From a virus (lineage: Duplodnaviria > Caudoviricetes), in the IMG/VR virus record IMGVR_UViG_2740892280_000002, positions 15,512 through 79,511 of that record: a stretch of 64,000 bases of DNA, one strand, 5' to 3'. Positions 25,960 to 33,908 of the stretch are shown piece after piece. Within the stretch, counting starts at the first letter, position 1, and every line of letters begins with the position of its first letter. Below the pieces are notes generated by a model. That model worked only from the letters and a program-made list of their open reading frames with translations. It did no database searches and had not been told where the DNA came from. The translations under genes and the position numbers were made by a program.

Positions 25960-26232
25960 TCAAGCGGCGCGGTTCCTGATGCCCTTGGTCGGGTGATAGG
26001 AAAATTCGCGCCCGGCAATCTTGACCGGATCGGGGATGCAGGAGATCGGGCGCTTGCCGGTCGCGATATCGTCGGCGCGGCGCATCTTCTTGAGGCTTGA
26101 AGTCCGACCCGGATGGATATCCTTGCGGGCGCGGTAAGCGGAGGCTGCGCCGATCCGCTTGATGACCTTGTTTGCCTCGCTTTTGCTTTTGCTTTTGCCG
26201 GTCGGGAGGAGGTTCGTAAGCAGCTTGAGCAT
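25960..26232 (-). CDS. small very basic protein
   Basis: K/R rich; AAAGGA RBS; follows FinO-domain gene. Confidence 0.6.
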   Translation of the reverse strand: MLKLLTNLLPTGKSKSKSEANKVIKRIGAASAYRARKDIHPGRTSSLKKMRRADDIATGKRPISCIPDPVKIAGREFSYHPTKGIRNRAA

Positions 26233-26233
26233 G

Positions 26234-26617
26234 TCAGTGTCCTTTCTTCGTTTCGTTTTTTCCGATTTTGGCTACTTTCGAGCGACTGATAAGCGAACGT
26301 TTAAGGCGTTCCTTGGCAGTATCGCGCTGCTTGGCAGTAACCTTGCCGCTAGGCGTTACCGACAGGTCGTATCGGTGATAGCCCGAGAGGATTGCGCGGT
26401 AATAGGAGCGTTTGCTCGTATACCGCTTGAGAGCGAAGTGGGTAACTCGCCCGGAGACGTCCGGGTAAAGCTTGCGGATATCCTTGTAGATCCCGACCTT
26501 GAGCGGGATTTTTGCCCGGCTCTTATCGAGGATAAAAACATCCGGGTGATCGTCTGCGAGGCGAGCTAGAAAAGCGTCTGCCTCAGACTTGATCTTGTAA
26601 TAGGTCGCCTTGTTCAT
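26234..26617 (-). CDS. ProQ/FinO-domain RNA chaperone
   Basis: PLKVGIYKDI, ALKRYT...Y, G..RYDL...P.G.VT..Q...A are ProQ/FinO core motifs. Confidence 0.85.
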   Translation of the reverse strand: MNKATYYKIKSEADAFLARLADDHPDVFILDKSRAKIPLKVGIYKDIRKLYPDVSGRVTHFALKRYTSKRSYYRAILSGYHRYDLSVTPSGKVTAKQRDTAKERLKRSLISRSKVAKIGKNETKKGH

Positions 26618-26657
26618 TGTCTCCTCGCGTTTTCGATATTGGCTACGTCTGAAGCGT

Positions 26658-26686
26658 TTATAGATTCCGGTTTTGTCTACGTCAAG
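26658..26686 (-). promoter_or_regulatory. sigma70 promoter CTTGAC-N17-CTATAA
   Basis: Near-perfect alphaproteobacterial RpoD consensus upstream of the FinO-domain gene. Confidence 0.7.
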
Positions 26687-26741
26687 CGACTGGGTTAATG
26701 TGAGTGCGTTGGTAGAACATTCACGAAGAGGAGTTGAGCAA

Positions 26742-27053
26742 ATGAACGAAGTAGCGCGCGCCGCATACCTGATTGAGGCTGTCGATTATATCGCCGAGCT
26801 TACGGCGGCTATCGGCAGGCTGCCCCTCGACTCCGTACCCGAGGACCTGCGGAACCTTCGCGAGGAAGCTGGTGCTTTTGTTGAGGTTCTCGAAGAAAAC
26901 GGCGTCAACGACCTCAACGAGGTTATGGCCGAAGATGAGCCTTGCGGCTGCTGTTCCGACGACGAAGTCGAAACCTCCCTCGAAGAGTTTCTTAGCGAGT
27001 GTGCGGGCTCGGTCGAGGGCGAGGGCGTGATCCTGGTTTTCTATCCGGAATAA
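26742..27053 (+). CDS. acidic hypothetical protein
   Basis: GAGGAG RBS; CGCC cluster. Confidence 0.6.
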   Translation: MNEVARAAYLIEAVDYIAELTAAIGRLPLDSVPEDLRNLREEAGAFVEVLEENGVNDLNEVMAEDEPCGCCSDDEVETSLEEFLSECAGSVEGEGVILVFYPE

Positions 27054-27092
27054 GCGGATTTTTTGTCGGCTACCTGTAGCCAATAACTTAAG

Positions 27093-27119
27093 GAGCGGGC
27101 CGAGAGCTCGCTCTTTTTT
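27093..27119 (+). terminator. intrinsic terminator before portal gene
   Basis: gagcgggc/gctcgctc stem plus T6. Confidence 0.6.
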
Positions 27120-27133
27120 GTTACGAGGAAGCA

Positions 27134-28747
27134 ATGCAGCATCAGACGGGTATTGAAACAGTCGCAGCGTCCTACGCTCACTCAATCGAGGACTGGGTCG
27201 CCTGCCGCGATGCAAGCAACGGTCAGCGTGAAGTCCACCGAAAAGGCGAGGTTTACCTCCCGCGCCTCGGCGGCCAGGACGCGGACGAATACAAAGCCTA
27301 TCTCCTACGCTCTACCTTCCTCGGAGCGTTCGGTCGGACCGTCGAAGCTTTCTCCGGAATGATCTTCCGGCGCGACCCGGTAATAAAGCTCCCCGGCAAA
27401 ATGGAGGAGTGGCAAAAGGATGTTACCGGGGACGGTATCGATCTCGTGTCGTTCGCTTCTATGGTCGTCGATGAATCTCTAATTACCGCCCGATCCGGCA
27501 TCCTGGTCGACTTCCCGTCGACCGATGGATATGGCGACTTGACTATCGCTGAAGCCGAGCGCTTGAAGCTTGTTCCGTTCCTTCGCCTCTATACCGCCGA
27601 GTCTATCGTTAACTGGCGCTTCGGCGACCTCCCGAACGGCGGGTATGGCGTTGTCAAGGTCGTGCTCCTTGAACATGTCGAGGAGGAGTCCGTCTCTAAC
27701 GAATTCGAGACGGTTGAGCTCCGGCAGTACCGTGTTCTTGACTTCCATGAGGGAGAGTACCGGCAGCGTATCTACCGGCAGGATCAAAAAGGCGCAACGA
27801 AGCGCCGGACAGGGGTCGTAGACGCGAACCGGGAGGAGAAGCCGACCGGAGAGACGCCGAACGCCGACAGCCTGTATACGGGCCAGAAAATCTCTGGCTA
27901 TCATCTGTATGAGGTTTTCCCGCAGATCGGCGGGAAGCGTCTCAACTATCTACCGTTTACGTTTATCAACGTCCGGACGCTAACGGCGAATGTCGAAAAG
28001 CCGCCTATGCTTGATCTGGTCAACCAGAACTTTCAGCACTACCGGATCTCGGCTGACTACTATCACGGCCTGCACTATGTCGGGTTGCCGACCCCGTACA
28101 TTACCGGCGTCTCTGCCGACGAAGCTCCGACCCAGATCGGTCCTTCGCAGATCTGGCATCTAAGCAACCCGGAATCAAAGGTCGGTTACCTACAGGTTGA
28201 CGCTGCGGGCTTCCAATCTCTTCGTGAAGAAATGGTCGCTATCGAGGGTCGTATGGCTGCGATGGGCGCTCGCATGCTTGCGCCGGAAAAGAGCGGCGTC
28301 GAAGCTGCCGAGACGCTCAATATCAAGAGCCGGGGAGAGCACTCGACGCTCTCCAAGATTTCGGGAACCGTCTCGCGCGGTATCGAGCAGGCTTTGATTA
28401 TCGCCCGCGACTGGATGAGCACCTCCGGCGAGGTTGTCTTCGAGCTCAATAAGGACTTTGTCGCAGCGACTTTGACCTCCGGGGATATTACCGCGCTCCT
28501 CGGCGCTTGGCAGGCCGGGGCGATCTCTAAAGAGGTTCTCTTCGATAAGCTCAAGCAGGGCGAGATCATCCGCGAGGATGTTGAATTCGAAGACCATGAA
28601 GAGGCTATCGAAGAGGGCGCGGAAGATCTCGCCGGTATGTTCGGCGCTACTGAAGAAAGCCAAGACCAGGCTGGGAGCCGGTCGCCGGCAGGAGAGCAGG
28701 ATGAGGAAGCTCTCGTAGATCAGGAAGATCCTGAAGGCTCGGAGTAG
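27134..28747 (+). CDS. portal protein (DUF4055-type)
   Basis: YLPR, YLLRSTF.G...RTV, PFTF, PPMLDL..QN..HY..SADY, GA(R)ML; position after terminase. Confidence 0.9.
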   Translation: MQHQTGIETVAASYAHSIEDWVACRDASNGQREVHRKGEVYLPRLGGQDADEYKAYLLRSTFLGAFGRTVEAFSGMIFRRDPVIKLPGKMEEWQKDVTGDGIDLVSFASMVVDESLITARSGILVDFPSTDGYGDLTIAEAERLKLVPFLRLYTAESIVNWRFGDLPNGGYGVVKVVLLEHVEEESVSNEFETVELRQYRVLDFHEGEYRQRIYRQDQKGATKRRTGVVDANREEKPTGETPNADSLYTGQKISGYHLYEVFPQIGGKRLNYLPFTFINVRTLTANVEKPPMLDLVNQNFQHYRISADYYHGLHYVGLPTPYITGVSADEAPTQIGPSQIWHLSNPESKVGYLQVDAAGFQSLREEMVAIEGRMAAMGARMLAPEKSGVEAAETLNIKSRGEHSTLSKISGTVSRGIEQALIIARDWMSTSGEVVFELNKDFVAATLTSGDITALLGAWQAGAISKEVLFDKLKQGEIIREDVEFEDHEEAIEEGAEDLAGMFGATEESQDQAGSRSPAGEQDEEALVDQEDPEGSE

Positions 28748-29345
28748 GGGAGAATTTCTCGGTCTCGTTACCGACAACGTCCCAGCCGGGCGCTGCCGAT
28801 CGTGCAAACATTTCAAGCCTTGGAACGTCGCCGCATAGAGAGACGATATCGTCACGAATTCGGTCCGGTTTGCGAGAATGCTCGCGGACCGGGTCGACGA
28901 CAAGGCGGCGGACCGATTTAGAAACCCTCTTCGGCTTGCCGCGAGTTGCGAATAGGCATAGCTCGGGGTTTGCTCGCGTCCAATATCCCATGCCGACGTG
29001 AAACGATTTATCGACGAACGCACGGCCGGAAATAAGCGCGTTCCAATCGAAGCGCTTGCGCAGCTTTACCCAATTGAAAGCGACAGTCTTAAACTCGAAA
29101 CCCCACGCCTCGATTACTTCGAGCGTATGGGGGAGCATGTGATCAAGTCCCCAAATAAAAAGCGCCGCGTCTTTAGCACACCAATCAGCGACCGGGATCG
29201 CCTTGATATCGTCGAGCGTCATACAGTCGTAGTGCTGCTCGGGCGAGCGCGCTTTCCCCTTTGTCGACCAAGTCAAATGTGTCCACGCCGGGTCGGCATA
29301 AATCACCTGATAGTCGTTGCGGGGAGGGGTAGGGAATAACTCCAT
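28647..29345 (-). CDS. MT-A70 family amino-methyltransferase
   Basis: VIYADPAW, Y..MT.DDIKAIPV, LFIW, AWGF.FKT, WVK, GMGYWTR.N.E, HSRKP, EMFAR, GWD..GNE. Confidence 0.9.
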   Translation of the reverse strand: MELFPTPPRNDYQVIYADPAWTHLTWSTKGKARSPEQHYDCMTLDDIKAIPVADWCAKDAALFIWGLDHMLPHTLEVIEAWGFEFKTVAFNWVKLRKRFDWNALISGRAFVDKSFHVGMGYWTRANPELCLFATRGKPKRVSKSVRRLVVDPVREHSRKPDRIRDDIVSLCGDVPRLEMFARSAAPGWDVVGNETEKFSPTPSLQDLPDLRELPHPALLPATGSQPGLGFLQ

Positions 29346-29390
29346 CTCTTGCCTTTTCTTTTCTCTCTTCCTCCTTGTATTATCGGCGCT

Positions 29391-29603
29391 ATGGCAGGCT
29401 TTCAGGTAATCTCCGGCGGTAAAGACGGAGACGAAAAAAAGGAAAAAACTCCGTCGCAATGGGTATGCCCCAATTGCAATGGATCTGCTGCAATTCCGGC
29501 AGTCTTCGCCCCTATCGTCCGAGAGGGGAAAGTCGTAGACGGCACAGATCGATTTATATGCGCCCTCTGTTTGTCAGACGGCCATATCGTTCAAGTTTCC
29601 TAG
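29391..29603 (+). CDS. small zinc-ribbon protein
   Basis: CPNC and CALC pairs. Confidence 0.55.
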   Translation: MAGFQVISGGKDGDEKKEKTPSQWVCPNCNGSAAIPAVFAPIVREGKVVDGTDRFICALCLSDGHIVQVS

Positions 29604-29609
29604 TAATTG

Positions 29610-29818
29610 GCAATCGTTCCGAGAGAGGCTTCTGCTAGCTTCATCGCTTGGTCCCTTGTACTTTTCGCGCCCCCGCTCAAAGGTTCGCGCTACTCGTACC
29701 CTAGCCAAGTCCCCTAGACCGCTTTCGCCTTTAGGATCGACCCTGACGGGATGCAACTTTTCCAATCCGGTCGCTTGTCGAGAGTGGGTTTCTCCGTTGC
29801 CTTCATCGCCAAGTGACG
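29610..29818 (-). ncRNA. candidate structured non-coding RNA (~210 nt)
   Basis: Promoter at 29825-29853; nested stems; GC-GAAA-GC tetraloop on the minus strand. Confidence 0.35.
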
Positions 29819-29824
29819 AGCGAG

Positions 29825-29853
29825 ATATAGACAAAATCGGAAACGGTTACAAG
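29825..29853 (-). promoter_or_regulatory. sigma70 promoter CTTGTA-N17-CTATAT
   Basis: Exact alphaproteobacterial -10 CTATAT, 4/6 -35, 17-nt spacer. Confidence 0.55.
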
Positions 29854-29954
29854 TATTCCTGACGCGCAGCCTTGCGATAGAATCTGCATACGCCAAGGAA
29901 ACGGGGAAATTCTCCTGGTTTTCGTCGCGCATCTAGTAGCCAAAAAGGGAATTT

Positions 29955-31088
29955 ATGGAAACCGCTAACGAGAGGATTGAAAACTCCGCGATCCGTCACG
30001 CGATCTTTTTGGAGCGCTACAAGACCGGGACGGTTCGGCGTATAATCGAGCTTCTCGGCGAGGTCGACGCGGATATCGTTTCTCAGATCCGAAGGCTTGA
30101 GGAGAGCTATACGCGGCGGCGGCTCGAAGCGGTTCTAAACTCAATCCGCGAGATCAATGCAAAGGCTTACCGGGAGCTCGCCGCGCGCCTTGGCGAAGAG
30201 CTCGAAGAGTTTGCAACCGGGGAGGCAGACTTCGCCCTCGGCAAGCTCTCCGAAGGGCTCCCGACCGAGCTCCGGACGGTTATCGAATTCGCTTCCCCGG
30301 CTACCGAAATCCTCTTCGTTTCCGCCGAAAATAAATTCGGAAACGCCCTAATCCAAGGGCGTGAACTTTCGTCTTGGTTTGATCAGATCGCGGACGCGGA
30401 TTTCGGTCGGTTTCAGCAAGCTCTACGCCTTGGTTTCGTCGAGGGTGAGAGTATCGACAAGATGGTTCGCCGGATTACCGGGACGCGCCCGCTCAACTTC
30501 AAGGATGGAGCGCGCGAGGTTAGCCGGAGACAGGTTCGCGCCTTGGTTCGGACCGCTATCAATACGGCCTCGACTAACGCCCGCGAGGAGGTTTACAAGG
30601 CCAACGAGCCCTTGATCAAAGGCGTCCGCTGGGTATCAACCCTCGACGGTCGGACTTCGGCGATTTGCAAGGCTCGCGACGGAAAGCTCTACTCTTTCGA
30701 CAAAGGGCCGAGGCCCCCGGCTCACTTCAATTGCCGGTCAACAACGACCCCGGTTCTCAAGTCCTGGCGCGAGCTAGGTTTTGACAAGGATGAACCTGCG
30801 CGCGGCGTTCGCCCGTTTATCCGGGATACCCGAAAGCTCAAGGATATTCCGAAGAGCGCTCGCGATCAGCTTGTCGGTCGGGTTCGCGCCGATGAGACTT
30901 ACGAGACCTGGCTCCGTAAGCAGCCGAAGGGATTTCAGGAGGAGGTCTTAGGTCCAACAAAAGCGCGGCTTTTCCGGCAAGGTCGACTAACCCTCGACAA
31001 GTTTGTCGACGAAGGAACGACCCGAGAATATACGCTCCAAGAACTTCGCCGAAGGTATCCTGACGCTTGGCGTGCTTCATTTGGTTAA
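29955..31088 (+). CDS. minor head protein (SPP1 gp7 / Mu F family)
   Basis: LVRTA, WVSTLDGRTS.ICK.RDG, PPAHFNCRST. Confidence 0.9.
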   Translation: METANERIENSAIRHAIFLERYKTGTVRRIIELLGEVDADIVSQIRRLEESYTRRRLEAVLNSIREINAKAYRELAARLGEELEEFATGEADFALGKLSEGLPTELRTVIEFASPATEILFVSAENKFGNALIQGRELSSWFDQIADADFGRFQQALRLGFVEGESIDKMVRRITGTRPLNFKDGAREVSRRQVRALVRTAINTASTNAREEVYKANEPLIKGVRWVSTLDGRTSAICKARDGKLYSFDKGPRPPAHFNCRSTTTPVLKSWRELGFDKDEPARGVRPFIRDTRKLKDIPKSARDQLVGRVRADETYETWLRKQPKGFQEEVLGPTKARLFRQGRLTLDKFVDEGTTREYTLQELRRRYPDAWRASFG

Positions 31089-31159
31089 GCTCGCCGAAGT
31101 CTGCTAGGTTTTATCTAGTTCGCTTCGTCTCGATGCGTAACTTTCTCTCCTCTCCGTCT

Positions 31160-31193
31160 AACCTCCTGTCGTTCGCGGCGGGAGGTTTTTTTT
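31160..31193 (+). terminator. intrinsic terminator
   Basis: GC stem with TTCG loop and T8 tail. Confidence 0.75.
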
Positions 31194-31231
31194 GGTTTAT
31201 ACACCTGACGGATCTCGCTATTTTCACCGCT

Positions 31232-31453
31232 ATGGACGCAGAAGAATTCAAAACGCGAGCAAAAGACGCAATGGGCGGGACCGGGTGGCAGAAACGCCTC
31301 GCGACGGCGCTCGGCGTATCCCTTCAAACGACTAGCCGATGGGCTACGGGTAAGCTCCCTGTCCCTATCTACGCGATTGCGGTTATCGAGCTACTCGAAG
31401 AGCTCAAGGCGCAACGCCTTCCGGTCCCGAGCCGGTTCCGTCGCCGAGACTGA
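31232..31453 (+). CDS. XRE-family HTH regulator
   Basis: QKRLATALGVSLQTTSRWATGK.PVP. Confidence 0.75.
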   Translation: MDAEEFKTRAKDAMGGTGWQKRLATALGVSLQTTSRWATGKLPVPIYAIAVIELLEELKAQRLPVPSRFRRRD

Positions 31454-31492
31454 GAAACTCCGTCGTCGTTCGTCGGACCGTCAATTCAATTA

Positions 31493-31551
31493 AAAAAATA
31501 TCCTATCCTTGCCCGCTCCAACTAAGAAGGGCTAGGATGGGATATATTTTT
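31493..31551. repeat. 59-nt hairpin repeat, copy 2 (identical to 2995-3053)
   Basis: Exact sequence identity read from both sites. Confidence 0.95.
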
Positions 31552-31869
31552 TACTATTTAATTTCCTTCCCTCCTCACCCGCGCCTTTGTCGCTACGGGT
31601 AAACCTTCGCTAGGCGCGGGCGAAGAGTGACCGACCGAACGACTTAGGACCCAATCGAAAACGTCACGAGGATTAATTTTTAGGGGTGCTAGGCAGGCGC
31701 TATTCAGAAATTGGCTACGACGATAGCTCCAACCCCTTAAGCGCTCTCTATGGCCGTTTATTTTGTATTCCTGAAATGTGTTGGTCTGGATTTGTCTCAA
31801 AGATTGATTTTTTGGCTACAAGTCGTTATCTGATCCCCGGCAACGACCCGAGGAAAGGAGATTTCGATT

Positions 31870-32841
31870 TTGAGCAATACCGTCATCACAACCGGCCATT
31901 TGGAGGATTACGCGAAAAGAGTCGGGGAACTTGACCGGGCAGGTTTTGAAGGGGAGAGCGATCAGGTTTTTGAAAAGCTACTTGTCACCGGTTGGATACC
32001 TCCCGTGCCGGCCAGGAACGCGGCGGAGACAATTACCGCTTTCAACTCGCTCTATTTCCTCTCGACTGGCAAGCGAATTCCCGATCTCCGAATCCCGGTA
32101 GCAAAGGGGCTTAGCTCCCGGCGGCAGGATCTCGTTTACCGTGAATTGATCCCCGAGCTAATTTCCGCAATCGAAGAGAACGCTTCGACCGGAACTCCGA
32201 TCACGCGCATTCTCAACAATCGCGGCCTAAAAACGCCGACCCGGTCGGTTCATTCTCAGCAATGGATGCCGGGGAAACTTCAGTACCATTTGAAGCAGGC
32301 GCTTTGCTACGACGACGACGGCGAGCTCGAAGAGTGCCTCGAAAATTACAACGTCCTCGCACAGGTTGAGGCGCGCGCCTCTGTCTCGAAGCGCGATATT
32401 CGGGAGGCGATCAAAGAGACGGTTGTCGAAATCTTCGAGGAAGTTTCGCTCGAAGGCGGCGGATGGCAGGACGCTTTGGAGCGCGTTCGCGAGTCCGGGG
32501 TCAAAAAAGTAAACGGCGAGGAGTGGTGTAGCCGGAGCCTTCTCGGCTTCGTTAACTGGCTCAAGGGCGAGGGCGTCAAGCTACCGAAACTCTATTCCAA
32601 GGCGAAAGGTGAAACCAAGGGCGATCAAAATATCCGGAAGAACCACAAGAACGTGATTTCGGCAATGGAGCGTGCCGGTATTCGTAAGGCCGATATTCTC
32701 GCCGACCTGAGGTCGAGGCAGGTCCCCTACCTCGGCGGTCGCGGTCGAGGGAAGGGCGTAAAACTCTGGTCGGAAAGCTACTGGGGACAATGGGAACGCG
32801 GCTGCAAAAAGCTCGGGCTCAAGATTCCAGATTTCAAATAA
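31870..32841 (+). CDS. unknown basic protein with recombinase-type DNA-binding motifs
   Basis: ITRILNNRGLKTP..W resembles the IA..LN..G..T..W motif of large serine recombinase DNA-binding domains; no catalytic domain seen; AAAGGAG RBS, TTG start. Confidence 0.45.
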   Translation: MSNTVITTGHLEDYAKRVGELDRAGFEGESDQVFEKLLVTGWIPPVPARNAAETITAFNSLYFLSTGKRIPDLRIPVAKGLSSRRQDLVYRELIPELISAIEENASTGTPITRILNNRGLKTPTRSVHSQQWMPGKLQYHLKQALCYDDDGELEECLENYNVLAQVEARASVSKRDIREAIKETVVEIFEEVSLEGGGWQDALERVRESGVKKVNGEEWCSRSLLGFVNWLKGEGVKLPKLYSKAKGETKGDQNIRKNHKNVISAMERAGIRKADILADLRSRQVPYLGGRGRGKGVKLWSESYWGQWERGCKKLGLKIPDFK

Positions 32842-32940
32842 TTGTAGCCAAATTTCGAATTGTCGATACGGGCACCTTACGACAACGGTACGCCGATACC
32901 CGGCGTGCCGCTGCGCGGTTTACCTCCTGTGGAGAAGTCA

Positions 32941-33702
32941 ATGCCTGACGATATCGAGAACAAAGAGAAAGAAAACGAGACCAAGATCGACCTGAACGAC
33001 CCGGCTGTCGTCGCTGCTATCGAGGCGGCTGTCAGCGCGAAAATCGAGCCGATCAACGCGAAGAAAAACGAAATCCTGGACGAAAAGAAAAAGCTTCAGG
33101 CAAAGCTCGAAGCTTTTGACGGCGTCGACCCGGAAGAATTCAAGGCGCTCAAGGCCGCGATGGCCGAGAAGGCCGAAGAGGACGCCAAGGAAAAAGGCGA
33201 CTGGCAGGCGATCCTTGATCAGCGCGAAACCAAGTATCAGACCCAGCTCGAAAAGGTTACGACCGAGCTGACCGGTCGCGCCGAACGCGCCGAAAAATTT
33301 GCAAAGGACCTGATCGTCAAGACCGAGCTGACCTCCGCTCTTGTCAAGGCGAAGGTCTCCGAGCCGTTCATGGGCGCGGTCGAAATGCTCCTCCGCGACA
33401 AGATCACCGTGTCCGAAGATGAGGCCAAGGGCTTCAAGGCATTTGCCGAAATCGACGGCGATCATGTCAACGTTGCTGAGTTTGTCCGGCTCTGGTCCGA
33501 ATCCGAAGAGGGCAAGCACTTCGTGTCCGCTCCGGCAAACGGCGGCGGCGGCGGCGGCGTCAAGCCGGGCGCGAATTCCGGTCGCTCGAATCCGTGGAAG
33601 GCGGACTCGAAGAACCTGACCGAGCAGGCGAAGATTTTGCGGACCGACCGCGCGCTTGCCCGTCAGCTTCAGCGCGAGGCAGGTGTCGCCGTAACCGCAT
33701 AA
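32941..33702 (+). CDS. capsid scaffolding protein
   Basis: Acidic coiled coil, Gly-rich linker, NPW and terminal helix; directly upstream of major capsid gene. Confidence 0.8.
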   Translation: MPDDIENKEKENETKIDLNDPAVVAAIEAAVSAKIEPINAKKNEILDEKKKLQAKLEAFDGVDPEEFKALKAAMAEKAEEDAKEKGDWQAILDQRETKYQTQLEKVTTELTGRAERAEKFAKDLIVKTELTSALVKAKVSEPFMGAVEMLLRDKITVSEDEAKGFKAFAEIDGDHVNVAEFVRLWSESEEGKHFVSAPANGGGGGGVKPGANSGRSNPWKADSKNLTEQAKILRTDRALARQLQREAGVAVTA

Positions 33703-33727
33703 AGCCTGGACGAAAATTTAAAAAGGG

Positions 33728-33759
33728 TAAGCCGCTGATTTTTCAGCGGCTTATTTTTT
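33728..33759 (+). terminator. intrinsic terminator between scaffold and capsid genes
   Basis: taagccgctga-tttt-tcagcggctta perfect 11-bp stem plus T tract. Confidence 0.65.
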
Positions 33760-33908
33760 GTCCGCTGTATCCGTCAAGTAAATTTCAAATCAAGAGGAAC
33801 AGAAACCTTATTCCGGCCTGCGGCCTACTTTGTTTGTTCCATTCGATACATGTCGGTCCTGTGGATTTGGCAGCTAAGTGAAGTTGGCTATTATTGAAAG
33901 GAAATAAA

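Noticed and set aside
28190-29023. 277-aa minus-strand ORF
   Set aside because: Shadow frame across the portal and MT-A70 genes with no recognisable motifs.
29574-29834. 86-aa minus-strand ORF
   Set aside because: Its start lies inside the predicted promoter, it has no RBS and it overlaps the zinc-ribbon gene; a non-coding reading fits better.
2995-31551. 59-nt direct repeats as attL/attR or terminal repeats
   Set aside because: Essential genes (terminase, portal, head) lie both between and outside them, no integrase is visible, and similarity continues as interrupted blocks beyond the core.
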